A stretch of 64,000 nt of DNA from contig OZ245838.1 of the NCBI GenBank assembly GCA_965228735.1, forward strand, positions 6,112,001 to 6,176,000, given 5' to 3'. The notes under the pieces were generated by a model that was given only the letters and a program-made list of their open reading frames with translations, had not been told where the DNA came from and ran no database searches. A program made the position numbers and the translations under genes. Source of the stretch: Planctomycetota bacterium. GTDB lineage: Bacteria > Planctomycetota > UBA1135 > UBA2386. This document shows, in pieces, positions 1 through 9,349 of this stretch (its first letter is position 1; each line of letters begins with the position of its first letter).

Positions 1-1
1 C

Positions 2-940
2 ATGACCGGTGTCCTGTGGGGCGTGATCGACGGCGTGCTCGGACTGCCGAGTCTCGTCGCGGTCGTCGTCGAGCCGCTGGCGCTGATCCTGTTCGTCGCG
101 GCGTTCGTCTGGTTCGCGATGCGCCTGGTGAGCTTCTTCGTGGACCGCTTCCTGAAGCGCGCGGCCCGCGGTGAATCGGACGAGGACGCCGAGCCCGATC
201 GGCAGCTCCTCACGCAGCTCACCGTCGCGCGCCACATCCTGTTCCTGGTGCTGGCGCTCGTCGGAGTCGCGGTCGTCCTGCTGCAGCTCAACTCGTTCCG
301 CGCGGTCGGCGTCACGCTGCTGTCGTCCGCCGGCGCGATGGCCGTGATCCTCGGCATCGCGGGGCACGCGGTGCTCGGGAACCTGATCGCGGGGCTGCAC
401 ATCGCGTTCGCCCAGCCGTTCCGGATCGGCGACAGCGTGTTCGTCGAGGACAACTGGGGCCGGATCGAGGACGTCAGCTACGTCGACGTCGTGGTGCGGA
501 CGTGGGACGAGCGTCGCCTCGTGTTCCCGATCCGCTACTTCGTCGACCGCTGGTTCGAGAACTGGTCCAAGACGGACGAGTATCTGAAGAAGCCGATCTA
601 CCTGCACGTCGACTACCGGGCCGACGTCGAGCGGATCCGTGAGCGGTTCGAGGAGATCGTCCGGGCCGACCCCGACTGGCACGGGGAACGCGACGACCCC
701 GAGGTGCTGGTCGTGGACCTGGGCGAGGAAGCGATGAAGTTGCGCCTCACGTGCGCCGCGAAGGACCCGAGCGCGGCCTGGGCCCTCGTGAACCGGGTCC
801 GCGAGCAACTCGTCCGCTGGCTTCAGGCCGAGGCCGATGGCGCGTGGCTGCCCCGGCGCCGGGTGCTCGTCAGCAATCGTGGGGCGGCCGGCGACCGCGC
901 AGCCGCCGATCGGGCGGCCGACGAGTCGTCGGCTGGGTAG
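2..940 (+). CDS. MscS-family mechanosensitive ion channel (5' end probably outside window)
   Basis: Several TM helices followed by the MscS signature LGNLIAG...QPFRIGDSV...GRIEDV and a cytoplasmic beta domain. Confidence 0.9.
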   Translation: MTGVLWGVIDGVLGLPSLVAVVVEPLALILFVAAFVWFAMRLVSFFVDRFLKRAARGESDEDAEPDRQLLTQLTVARHILFLVLALVGVAVVLLQLNSFRAVGVTLLSSAGAMAVILGIAGHAVLGNLIAGLHIAFAQPFRIGDSVFVEDNWGRIEDVSYVDVVVRTWDERRLVFPIRYFVDRWFENWSKTDEYLKKPIYLHVDYRADVERIRERFEEIVRADPDWHGERDDPEVLVVDLGEEAMKLRLTCAAKDPSAAWALVNRVREQLVRWLQAEADGAWLPRRRVLVSNRGAAGDRAAADRAADESSAG

Positions 941-1060
941 GTTCGGGGAATCCGGGGAGCCGAATCGCCGGCGGCCGGCTCGGCCCGTCCCCGGGGCCCT
1001 CGGGTTTGCCCGCCATCGGCATTGGCTCGTGCCGGGCACCGGCTTAAGCTGGTTGCCCCC

Positions 1061-2245
1061 ATGGGTCGCCCAGTCATCGTTTCTGCGTGCCGTTCCGCGA
1101 TCGGCAAGTTCCAGGGAGCGCTGTCCTCCTTCACCGCGCCGCAGCTCGGCGGGTTTGCCGTCAAGGAGGCGCTCGCCCGCGCGCAAGTGCCTGCGGACGC
1201 CGTGGAAGAGGTCCTCATGGGGAACGTGCTGCAGGCCGGCCTCGGGCAGAACCCGGCGCGCCAGAGCCAGCGCGCGGCCGGCATCCCGGACGCCGCCGCG
1301 GCGGTCACGATCAACAAGGTCTGCGGCTCCGGTCTCAAGACCGTGATGCTCGCGGCGCAGGCGATCAAGGCCGGCGATCTGAAGGTCGCGGTCGCGGGCG
1401 GCATGGAGTCGATGACCAACACGCCGTACTACCTGCCGGCCGCTCGCCAGGGCGCGCGCCTCGGTCACACGCAGGCGCTCGACGGGATCATCCAGGACGG
1501 CCTGTGGGACCACTACAACGACTTCCACATGGGCAACACGGGCGAGCTCGTGGCCGAGAAGTACGAGGTCTCGCGGCAAGCCCAGGACGCGTATGCCGCG
1601 GAGAGCCACCGGCGCGCAGTCGCGGCGCAGGAGAGCGGCGCGTTCGACGCCGAGATCTTCGCGATCGAGGTGCCGCAGCGGAAGAAGGACCCGATCACGT
1701 TCGACAAGGACGAAGGCCCCCGCAAGGACAGCACGGTCGAGGCGCTCGCCAAGCTGCGTCCCGCGTTCAAGCGTGACGGCGGCACGGTGACGGCGGGCAA
1801 CGCGAGCTCGATCAACGACGGTGCGGCGGCGCTCGTCGTCTGCGACGAGGACTGGGCCAAGGCCAACGGCCTGCGGCCGCTCGCCGCGATCACGGCCTAC
1901 GCGACGGGCGGCATGGCGCCGGAGTGGGTCATGATGGCGCCCGAGGTCGCGACGAAGAAATTGTGCGCCTTGCAGGGCGTGCAGCCGACCGACTTCGAAA
2001 TCGTCGAGATGAACGAGGCGTTCTCCGTGCAGATGGTGGCGCTGCAGCGGCAACTCGAGATCGACCCGGAGCGGTGGAACGTCCACGGCGGCGCCGTGGC
2101 GCTCGGCCACCCGATCGGCTGCTCGGGCGCGCGCGTGCTCGTCACCCTGCTGCACGCGTTGCAGCGCCACGACAAGACCCTCGGCCTCGCCGGTCTCTGC
2201 CTCGGCGGCGGCAACGCCGTGACGCTGAGCGTCGAACGCCTGTAG
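1061..2245 (+). CDS. Acetyl-CoA C-acetyltransferase (thiolase)
   Basis: TINKVCGSG (active Cys), [12 protein letters not shown] and CLGGG motifs; start placed at ATG 1061. Confidence 0.95.
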   Translation: MGRPVIVSACRSAIGKFQGALSSFTAPQLGGFAVKEALARAQVPADAVEEVLMGNVLQAGLGQNPARQSQRAAGIPDAAAAVTINKVCGSGLKTVMLAAQAIKAGDLKVAVAGGMESMTNTPYYLPAARQGARLGHTQALDGIIQDGLWDHYNDFHMGNTGELVAEKYEVSRQAQDAYAAESHRRAVAAQESGAFDAEIFAIEVPQRKKDPITFDKDEGPRKDSTVEALAKLRPAFKRDGGTVTAGNASSINDGAAALVVCDEDWAKANGLRPLAAITAYATGGMAPEWVMMAPEVATKKLCALQGVQPTDFEIVEMNEAFSVQMVALQRQLEIDPERWNVHGGAVALGHPIGCSGARVLVTLLHALQRHDKTLGLAGLCLGGGNAVTLSVERL

Positions 2246-2283
2246 CTCCGCGGTAGACCAGAGACACCCTTCAGACGACCCCA

Positions 2284-3153
2284 ATGACGGACCAGCAACT
2301 TCCCGCTTCGGTCGCCGTGATCGGCGCCGGCACGATGGGCAACGGCATCGCCCAGGTATTCGCCAGCAGCGGTGTGTCGACGTTCATGGTCGACCTCGAC
2401 CAGGCGGCGCTCGACCGCGGCACGGCGACGATCCACAAGAGCCTCGGCAAGTTCGCGAGCAAGGGCAAGATCACCGAGGAGCAGGCCGAGGCCGCCAAGG
2501 GTCGCCTGACTGCGACGACCGACATGGACGCGCTGTCCGGTGTCGATCTCTGCATCGAGGCGGTGACGGAGAACATCGACGTCAAGACGAAGGTGTTCCA
2601 GGCCGCGGACAGCAAGCTCGGCGATGGCGCCGTGCTCGCGAGCAACACGTCGTCGATCTCGATCACGGTGCTCGCGGCGAAGACGCAGCGCGCCGACCGC
2701 GTCATCGGGATGCACTTCATGAACCCGGTGCCGCTGATGAAGCTCGTCGAGGTCATCCGCGGCAACGACACGAGCGATCAGACGGCGACCTCGGTCGAGA
2801 ACTGGTCCAAGGCGCTCTCCAAGATCCCGGTGATCGCCAACGACTACCCGGGCTTCGTCGCCAACCGCATCCTCATGCCGATGATCAACGAAGCGGCCTT
2901 CGCCCTGATGGAGGGCGTCGCGACGCGGGAGGCGATCGACGAGATCATGAAGCTCGGCATGAACCACCCGATGGGCCCGCTGACGCTCGCCGACTTCATC
3001 GGCCTCGACGTCTGCGTGTCGATCCTCGACGTGCTCAAGGACGGCCTCGGGGACGACAAGTATCGGGCCTGCCCCTTCATGCGCCGCCTCGTCGCGGCGG
3101 GTCACCTCGGCCGCAAGACGGGTCGAGGCTTCTACGACTACAGCGAGCAGTGA
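2284..3153 (+). CDS. hbd: 3-hydroxybutyryl-CoA dehydrogenase
   Basis: GAGTMGNG Rossmann motif, IEAVTE, SNTSS, GMHFMNPVP, GFVANR, GRKTGRGFY. Confidence 0.93.
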   Translation: MTDQQLPASVAVIGAGTMGNGIAQVFASSGVSTFMVDLDQAALDRGTATIHKSLGKFASKGKITEEQAEAAKGRLTATTDMDALSGVDLCIEAVTENIDVKTKVFQAADSKLGDGAVLASNTSSISITVLAAKTQRADRVIGMHFMNPVPLMKLVEVIRGNDTSDQTATSVENWSKALSKIPVIANDYPGFVANRILMPMINEAAFALMEGVATREAIDEIMKLGMNHPMGPLTLADFIGLDVCVSILDVLKDGLGDDKYRACPFMRRLVAAGHLGRKTGRGFYDYSEQ

Positions 3154-3181
3154 GCCGCATCAGCAAACCCGCACGACCGCG

Positions 3182-4345
3182 ATGACGACCACCACCGAGA
3201 CCCTCCAGGTCCCCGACTTCCAGCTGTCACCCGAACTCGAGCAGTTCCGCGCGAGCATTCGCGAGTACGCGGACCAGCATCTCGGCCGCGCGCGCGAGTA
3301 CGATGCCAACGTCGAGTTCCCGGCCGACGCGGTGAAGGTCGCCGCCGAGCGCGGGCTGCTCTGCACGACCGTCGCGAAGGACTACGGCGGTTCGGCGATG
3401 GGCAACGTCGCGAGTTGTGTGATGCTCGAGGAGATCAACAAGCGCTGCGCGTCGACGGGTGTCACGATCAGCGTGCACAACTCGCTCGTGAATTCCCTGC
3501 TCGGCAACTGGTGCAGCGACGAGCAGAAGCGCCGGTGGTTCCCCAAGCTCGTGACGGGCGAGTGGCTCGGCGCCTACTGCCTCAGCGAGGCCTACTCGGG
3601 TTCGGACGCCGCGGCGCTGCGGTGCGAGGCCAAGAAGGACGGCGACCACTACGTGCTGAACGGCGCCAAGCTGTGGATCACGACCGGCAGCGAGGCCGAC
3701 CTCTTCGTGGTGTTCGCGCGCACGGGCGAGGACCGCGTGAAGGGCATCTCGGCGTTCGTCGTCGAGAAGAGCTGGGACGGCGTCGGCGTCGGCAAGAAGG
3801 AGCGCAAGCTCGGCCTGCGCGGTTCGCCGACGACCGAGATCGTGCTCGAGAACGTGAAGGTGCCGGCCGACTGCCTCATCGCCGAAGAGGGGCAGGGCTT
3901 CACGATCGCGCTCGACACGCTCGACGGTGGTCGCCTCGGCATCGCGTCGCAGTCGCTCGGGATCGCGGCGGCGTCGATCGAGCTGATCCGGGATCAACTC
4001 GCGAGCCAGGTCGACCACAAGGGGCGGCCGACGGCGTCACAGGCGGACCAGTGGACGTTGGCCGACCTCGCGTCGGACCTCGACGCGTATCGCTTCCTGA
4101 CGTGGCGCGCGGCGGTGCTGCGTGACCGCGGCGTGCGTTGCAGCGTCGAGGCCGCGATGGCCAAGAACACGACGTCTCGCCTCGCCAACCGGGCGGCGCG
4201 TGCGGCCGTGTCGATCCTCGGTCAGCGGGGCGCGAGCGGGGCGACGGTTGCCGAGCGGCTGCTGCGCGACGCGCGCATCTGCGAGATCTACGAAGGCGCG
4301 ACCGACATCCAGCGCCTCGTCATCGCCCGCGGGTTGATGGGCTGA
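3182..4345 (+). CDS. Acyl-CoA dehydrogenase, subunit retaining the catalytic Glu
   Basis: CLSEAYSGSD, NGAKLWIT, GGRLGIA and IYEGATDIQ present; RxQFG and QxxGGxG motifs absent. Confidence 0.92.
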   Translation: MTTTTETLQVPDFQLSPELEQFRASIREYADQHLGRAREYDANVEFPADAVKVAAERGLLCTTVAKDYGGSAMGNVASCVMLEEINKRCASTGVTISVHNSLVNSLLGNWCSDEQKRRWFPKLVTGEWLGAYCLSEAYSGSDAAALRCEAKKDGDHYVLNGAKLWITTGSEADLFVVFARTGEDRVKGISAFVVEKSWDGVGVGKKERKLGLRGSPTTEIVLENVKVPADCLIAEEGQGFTIALDTLDGGRLGIASQSLGIAAASIELIRDQLASQVDHKGRPTASQADQWTLADLASDLDAYRFLTWRAAVLRDRGVRCSVEAAMAKNTTSRLANRAARAAVSILGQRGASGATVAERLLRDARICEIYEGATDIQRLVIARGLMG

Positions 4346-5490
4346 TGAGCGGTTCCGACCTTCCGCCGCCCGATTCGGGTACCGGCAACGCCGGTTCTGC
4401 TGGCAGCCCGACACCACCGCCCGGCGTGCCGATCGGGAAGCCGCTCGCCGCACCCGAGTCCGCGCGTGAATCGCGCGGGGTCGCGTTCTTCGTCGCGATC
4501 TTCCTCGGCATCCTGTTGATCGCGTCGCTCGGGGTGAACGTGCTGCTGCTGTTGCTCAGCGTCGGCAGCTTCGCCGGCTCGGGGCTCGCCGCGCCCGGGC
4601 TGTTCGAGGAGGTCCACGTCGCGGGCGAGCGTTCGGCCCGCAACAAGATCGTGCAGATCCCGATCCATGGTGCGATCGCCGAGGCCGCCAACCCGGTGCT
4701 CGGGTCGCGTGGCGGGATCGTCTCGACGACCGAGTACTTGCTGCAGCGCGCGGGCGAGAACCCGGACGTGCGCGGCATCATCCTCGACATCAACTCGCCG
4801 GGTGGCGGCGTCACGGACTCCGACGAGATCTACCTGGCCGTGCGGCGGTTCCGGCGCGACCACCCGGACAAGCGCGTGCTCGCGATGTTCGGTGACATGG
4901 CCGCGTCGGGTGGTTACTACGTCGCCGCGGCGGCCGAACGCATCGTCGCGCGCCCGACGACCATTACGGGCAGCATCGGCGTGATCATGTCGAACTACAA
5001 CTTTGCGGAAGCCGCGAAGAAGGTGGGCATCGACCAGGTCACGATCAAGTCGGACCGCACGCCCTACAAGGACATCCTGTCGCCGATGCGCGCGATGACC
5101 GACGAGGAGCGCGCGATGTTGACGAGCATCGTCGACGAGCTGTTCGATCGCTTCGTCGACGTCGTCGACGAGGGGCGCGACAACCTCGATCGGGCCGACG
5201 TGCTCGCGGCGGCGACGGGTGCGATCTACTCGGCGAACCAGGCGTACGACCGCGGCCTCGTCGACGAGATCGGCGACAGCGAGACCGTCCTCGCGTGGTT
5301 CGATGATCAGATCGAGGGCGGCATCGAGGTCGTCGAGCTGCGGCGGCAGCCCTCGCTCACCGACCTCCTGCTCGGCGCCGCGACCGCGGCGGATGCCGCC
5401 TCGGTGACCGACCTCGACGCAGCCGCGGGCCGGTTGCTCACCGGGCTCACGGGTCCGCGCTTCCTCTACTACTGGCAGGGTGGCCGCTGA
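4345..5490 (+). CDS. sppA: Signal peptide peptidase SppA (S49 family)
   Basis: N-terminal TM helix, INSPGG, AASGGYY, TGSIGV; ATG overlaps the upstream TGA (TGATG). Confidence 0.9.
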   Translation: MSGSDLPPPDSGTGNAGSAGSPTPPPGVPIGKPLAAPESARESRGVAFFVAIFLGILLIASLGVNVLLLLLSVGSFAGSGLAAPGLFEEVHVAGERSARNKIVQIPIHGAIAEAANPVLGSRGGIVSTTEYLLQRAGENPDVRGIILDINSPGGGVTDSDEIYLAVRRFRRDHPDKRVLAMFGDMAASGGYYVAAAAERIVARPTTITGSIGVIMSNYNFAEAAKKVGIDQVTIKSDRTPYKDILSPMRAMTDEERAMLTSIVDELFDRFVDVVDEGRDNLDRADVLAAATGAIYSANQAYDRGLVDEIGDSETVLAWFDDQIEGGIEVVELRRQPSLTDLLLGAATAADAASVTDLDAAAGRLLTGLTGPRFLYYWQGGR

Positions 5491-5509
5491 TGGCGGCCCG
5501 ACGATTCCA

Positions 5510-6559
5510 ATGCACAACCTCCAGCTGACCGAAGACCAGGATCTCATCGTCGACACGGCGAAGAAGTTCGTCGCCGACAACGTCGCGCCCGAAGTGCTCG
5601 ATCTCGACGAGCACCGCAAGTTCGCGCGCGGCCAGTTCGACGGGCTCGCGGAGCTCGGGCTCTTCGGCGTGTGTGCGAGCGAGGACGTGGGCGGTGCCGG
5701 CATGGGCCTGCTGCCGTTCGCGGCCGCGGTCGAAGCGATCGGCGAGCAGAGCAGTTCGCTCGCGCGCCTGTTCGTCGGTCAGGTGCAGAGCGCGCGCGTT
5801 CTCGAGGCCGCGGGTCACGAGGATCTCGAAGAGGTCATGATGGGCGGCAAGCTCGCGGTGTTCTGCGGGCTCGAATACGGCCTCACGAGCTCGGGCGACG
5901 CGATCACCGGCACCGCCGAACTCGTTCCCGGTGGCGGCGAGGCCGACGTGTTCTACTGCGCGACGGTCGACGGCGAGACGCCGCGCATCCTGCGCGTCGA
6001 GGCGGGGAGCACGGCGCGCGAGGCGCTGACGAGCCTCGGCCTCGCGAGCAGCGCGCCCGCTCGCGTGAAGTTCGACGGCGCGGCTGCGACCGTGCTCTCT
6101 GGGGGCGACGCCGCGCAGCAGGCGATCGACGCCGCGAGCCAGCTCGGTTGGATCGGTGTCGCCGCGAACGCGGTCGGTGGCGGCAGCGCCTGCATCGCGG
6201 CGTCCAAGAGCCACGCGGCCGAGCGCATCGCGTTCGGCAAGCCGCTCGCGCGCCAGCACGCCGTGATGCGCAAGATCGTCGAGTCACGCCAGGGCGTCGA
6301 CGCCGCCCGCCAGCTCACGATGCACGCCGCCCGCCTCGCCGATGCCGGCCTCGACGCGACGCAGTCGGCGCTGCAGGCCCGCGTGCTCGGCATCGATGCG
6401 ATGGTCCGCGCCGCGGACGAAGCGATCCAGATCCACGGCGGCTACGGCTACACGGTCGAGTACCACGTCGAACGCCACTATCGCGACGGCAAGACGCTCG
6501 AAGTCCTCGACGGCGGCAGCGAGAAGCTCCGCGACCGCCTCGCAACGCTGGAAGTGTGA
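5510..6559 (+). CDS. Acyl-CoA dehydrogenase family protein, degenerate (probably non-catalytic) subunit
   Basis: ERIAFGKPL and QIHGGYGY...ERHYRD present; SEPxxGSD and KxWIT absent; catalytic YEG position reads LDG. Confidence 0.88.
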   Translation: MHNLQLTEDQDLIVDTAKKFVADNVAPEVLDLDEHRKFARGQFDGLAELGLFGVCASEDVGGAGMGLLPFAAAVEAIGEQSSSLARLFVGQVQSARVLEAAGHEDLEEVMMGGKLAVFCGLEYGLTSSGDAITGTAELVPGGGEADVFYCATVDGETPRILRVEAGSTAREALTSLGLASSAPARVKFDGAAATVLSGGDAAQQAIDAASQLGWIGVAANAVGGGSACIAASKSHAAERIAFGKPLARQHAVMRKIVESRQGVDAARQLTMHAARLADAGLDATQSALQARVLGIDAMVRAADEAIQIHGGYGYTVEYHVERHYRDGKTLEVLDGGSEKLRDRLATLEV

Positions 6560-6699
6560 CGTGATGGCGGTACCGAACCCGCCCGTACGGAACCTGGTTC
6601 ATGCTGCCGGCCGCGTGCAACGCACCCGCGAGGTAAGGCCTTCGCGGCCGGCAGCATGAACCAGGTTCCGTACGGGCGGGTTCGGTACCGCCATCACAT
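6559..6699. repeat. Long palindromic REP/REPIN-like element, copy 1
   Basis: Perfect 55-bp inverted repeat (6561-6615 / 6643-6697) with 27-nt spacer; ends AYGTGATGGCGGTACCGAACCCG. Confidence 0.9.
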
Positions 6700-8259
6700 G
6701 TGAGACTCGCGCCACTCGCCGGCGCGTTGGGTGGCGCGGCGTAGCAGGCGGCGGACCGGGGCGTCCATGAGCAGTTCGCGGTGGGCGCGGACGTAGCCGC
6801 GCAAGAACGCACGGATCGCAGCGGGGCCGCCGGGTTCGTCCGCTTCGCGGAACGCGGCCAGCAGGCGGCCCACGTCGGCGCCGCGGCCGCGGCTGTCTTT
6901 CGGTGCCTTCTTGCGGATGCCGTCGAGGTCCGTCATCGCGATGCGCATCTCGTCCGGCAGGCGAACGAGGTTGTCCAGCTTGAGATCGCGGTTGCGCAGG
7001 CCGTGCGCGTGCAGCCGACCGACGCTCGTGCCGAGGTCGCCCGCGAGCGCCATGGCGGTGGCCGCCCCGATCGCGCCGGCGGCGAGCTCGTCGCCCAGAT
7101 GGGGGTTGCCGATCCGGCGCGTGACGACGAGGCCACTGCCGCGATCGAGCCGCAGCGCGATCGGCTGCGGCGCGGGCACGCGCGCGAACTCGAGCCAGTA
7201 GCTCGCGCGCCAGAGCCGGCGCGCGTGACTCGCGTCGCGGCTCTTCACGACGAAGTCCTCCGAGAGCCACACCTCGCCGCGACGGCCGCTCTTGTGCGGT
7301 TCGAGGTCGGCGTCGCCGGGCTGCGGTTCGCCGCCCTCCGCAGCCGGCAGGCGGGCCAGGAACTCCCGGGCTCTGTCGCGCTCCGCGGTCGTCGCGCCGA
7401 CGAGGCGCTCGAACCAGCGCGGCTGCCCGCGCCGGCGGCGCTCGACGAGCGTGTGCCGGCAGTTGCGCTCACTGCGGCGCCCGAACGCCGGCAACGCATG
7501 GGATCGCCAACGGCGCGTCGCGTCCGCGAGCAGCGCCTCGAAGTTGATCGGCATCGGGCTGTCGCCCTGGTAACCAGCGAGCAGCGGTCGCGCCGCGCGC
7601 GCCAAGGCGCCGCGGTCGAACTCCTGGCAGAAGCGCGCGAGCGCCGCGGCCCGGCCGCGGTTGCCCTGTTCGCCCGCGTGGCGGAACGCCGTGAGGTCGA
7701 TGAGGTGCAGCGCGCCGGTGGCGTCGACGAGCAGGTTGCCCGGATGCAGGTCGGCGGCCGCGCAGCCGAGGTCGTGCAGGCGCCGCAGCAGTGCGCCCGT
7801 TCGGGTCAGCACGTCCGGGCCGAGGTCGAACGCGAATGGTCGCGCGTCCGGCACCGTCGCCGTGACGACGAAGCTGCGGCGCGCGCCGTCGCCGTCCTGC
7901 ACTGTTCCGAACGCGAGCGGCTCGACGGCCGGCAGGCCGAGCTGCCGTGCCCGGGCCAGGTTCTTGGCCTCGCGTTCGCCGGGCTCGCCGCGCAGCGCAT
8001 CGCGGGCGCGGTCCGACAACTTGTTGGCCCGGAACACCTTGATGTGCACGGCGACGTCGCCGAGCCGGCCCTCGAACACGCTGCGGACCGTGCGTTCCTT
8101 GATCCTGGTCAGCCCGTGATCGGTCCAGTCACGGACGTCGTTCCGCAACAACTCGGTGAGGGCTTCGGCTACTGTGTCCGAAGCGGTGGCGGCCCCGCCC
8201 GCAATGGCGGTGGATCGTGGCAACGATTCGTTGCCCGGCGTGGGGCCAAGCGGGACCAT
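6694..8259 (-). CDS. Lipopolysaccharide kinase (Kdo/WaaP/InaA-like) with two tandem kinase domains; start uncertain
   Basis: Two catalytic-loop sets, ADLHPGNLL...LIDL and NRDLKLDNLV...TDLDG; divergent from lptF/G. Confidence 0.8.
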   Translation of the reverse strand: MVPLGPTPGNESLPRSTAIAGGAATASDTVAEALTELLRNDVRDWTDHGLTRIKERTVRSVFEGRLGDVAVHIKVFRANKLSDRARDALRGEPGEREAKNLARARQLGLPAVEPLAFGTVQDGDGARRSFVVTATVPDARPFAFDLGPDVLTRTGALLRRLHDLGCAAADLHPGNLLVDATGALHLIDLTAFRHAGEQGNRGRAAALARFCQEFDRGALARAARPLLAGYQGDSPMPINFEALLADATRRWRSHALPAFGRRSERNCRHTLVERRRRGQPRWFERLVGATTAERDRAREFLARLPAAEGGEPQPGDADLEPHKSGRRGEVWLSEDFVVKSRDASHARRLWRASYWLEFARVPAPQPIALRLDRGSGLVVTRRIGNPHLGDELAAGAIGAATAMALAGDLGTSVGRLHAHGLRNRDLKLDNLVRLPDEMRIAMTDLDGIRKKAPKDSRGRGADVGRLLAAFREADEPGGPAAIRAFLRGYVRAHRELLMDAPVRRLLRRATQRAGEWRESHM

Positions 8260-8269
8260 TACGAACGCG

Positions 8270-9349
8270 ATGTGGCGGCTCCATAGATACTACCTCAAGG
8301 AGCTCGGGACGAACTTCGGGATCACCTTCCTCGTGATGTTCGCCGTGGTTCTGGTGTCGCTGATCACGCGCGGGATCAACCGGTCGCAAGGGGGCGGCCT
8401 GATCGACGCGGCCAAGATCACGCTGCTGTTCGCGGTGGACGCGTTTCCGCACCTGCTCGCGATCACGTTCCTGGTCGCGACCGTGCTGACCTACACGCGC
8501 GCCGCGCAGGATCGCGAGCTCATCGCGATCCGCGCCGCCGGCATCGGGCCGCGCGTGCCGATGATGCCGGCGCTGCTCATCGGGTTGGCGCTGTCGGTGT
8601 TCGGCTCGTTCGCCAATCACTACGTGATTCCGTGGGTGCACTACGAGAAGTACCGTGTGATCGCGGCCGTGGTGCGCAACGTGTTCACCAACCTCAAGCT
8701 CGGCAGTGATCGGATTCCGATCCTGGACACGGGGTACGTGATGACCTTCGCGGAGCGTGATGGCGAGGACTTCGTCGACTGCACGATCTACTGTCCGCCG
8801 GGGCGAACGATCGAGGGAACGGGTTCGCCGATCCTGAGAGCGGAGCGCGTGTCGCCGCCGCGGGTTCGTGAGGGGCAGGAGTCGATCGTCGTGGTCTTGA
8901 AGGGAGCGCGGGACCCCGTGCCGGACCCCGACAGTGATGCCTACCTCTCGGAGGTCCGCATTCGCATCGGTCAGAACATGATCGCCGACCGCGGGCGGCG
9001 AGCGGATCGTGACGAAGACGTGCGCAGTGACCAGTTGCTGGGCGAAGTGTTGCGCGGCGCGCACCCGCGGGCGCACGAGGCGCAGTACACGTTGTTCAAG
9101 CGCTGCTGTTTCGCGCTGCTGCCGGCTCTGCTCGCGCCGATTGGCTATTGCATCGCGGAGCTCATGCGCATGCGTGGGCGGGTGCTCGCGTTGACCGTGT
9201 CGTTGGTGCCGATCGCGCTGTTCTACATCGGTGAGGCCGTCGGCACGCGCGTGATGCAGGCGACGGCCAGTTCGTGGAGCGCCTGGTTGCCGATCGCGTT
9301 CCTGCTCGTTCTCGGAGTGCCGCTGTGTTGGCGGCAGCTGCGCCGATGA
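8270..9349 (+). CDS. LptF/LptG-family LPS export permease
   Basis: RLHRYYLKEL start, DRELIAIRAAGI motif, 3+3 TM layout around a periplasmic domain. Confidence 0.88.
   Translation: MWRLHRYYLKELGTNFGITFLVMFAVVLVSLITRGINRSQGGGLIDAAKITLLFAVDAFPHLLAITFLVATVLTYTRAAQDRELIAIRAAGIGPRVPMMPALLIGLALSVFGSFANHYVIPWVHYEKYRVIAAVVRNVFTNLKLGSDRIPILDTGYVMTFAERDGEDFVDCTIYCPPGRTIEGTGSPILRAERVSPPRVREGQESIVVVLKGARDPVPDPDSDAYLSEVRIRIGQNMIADRGRRADRDEDVRSDQLLGEVLRGAHPRAHEAQYTLFKRCCFALLPALLAPIGYCIAELMRMRGRVLALTVSLVPIALFYIGEAVGTRVMQATASSWSAWLPIAFLLVLGVPLCWRQLRR

Noticed and set aside
6559..6699. Palindromes as simple rho-independent terminators or as IS ends
   Set aside because: Stems are far longer than needed, there is no U-tract, the termini are shared between loci, and no transposase or clear target-site duplication is present
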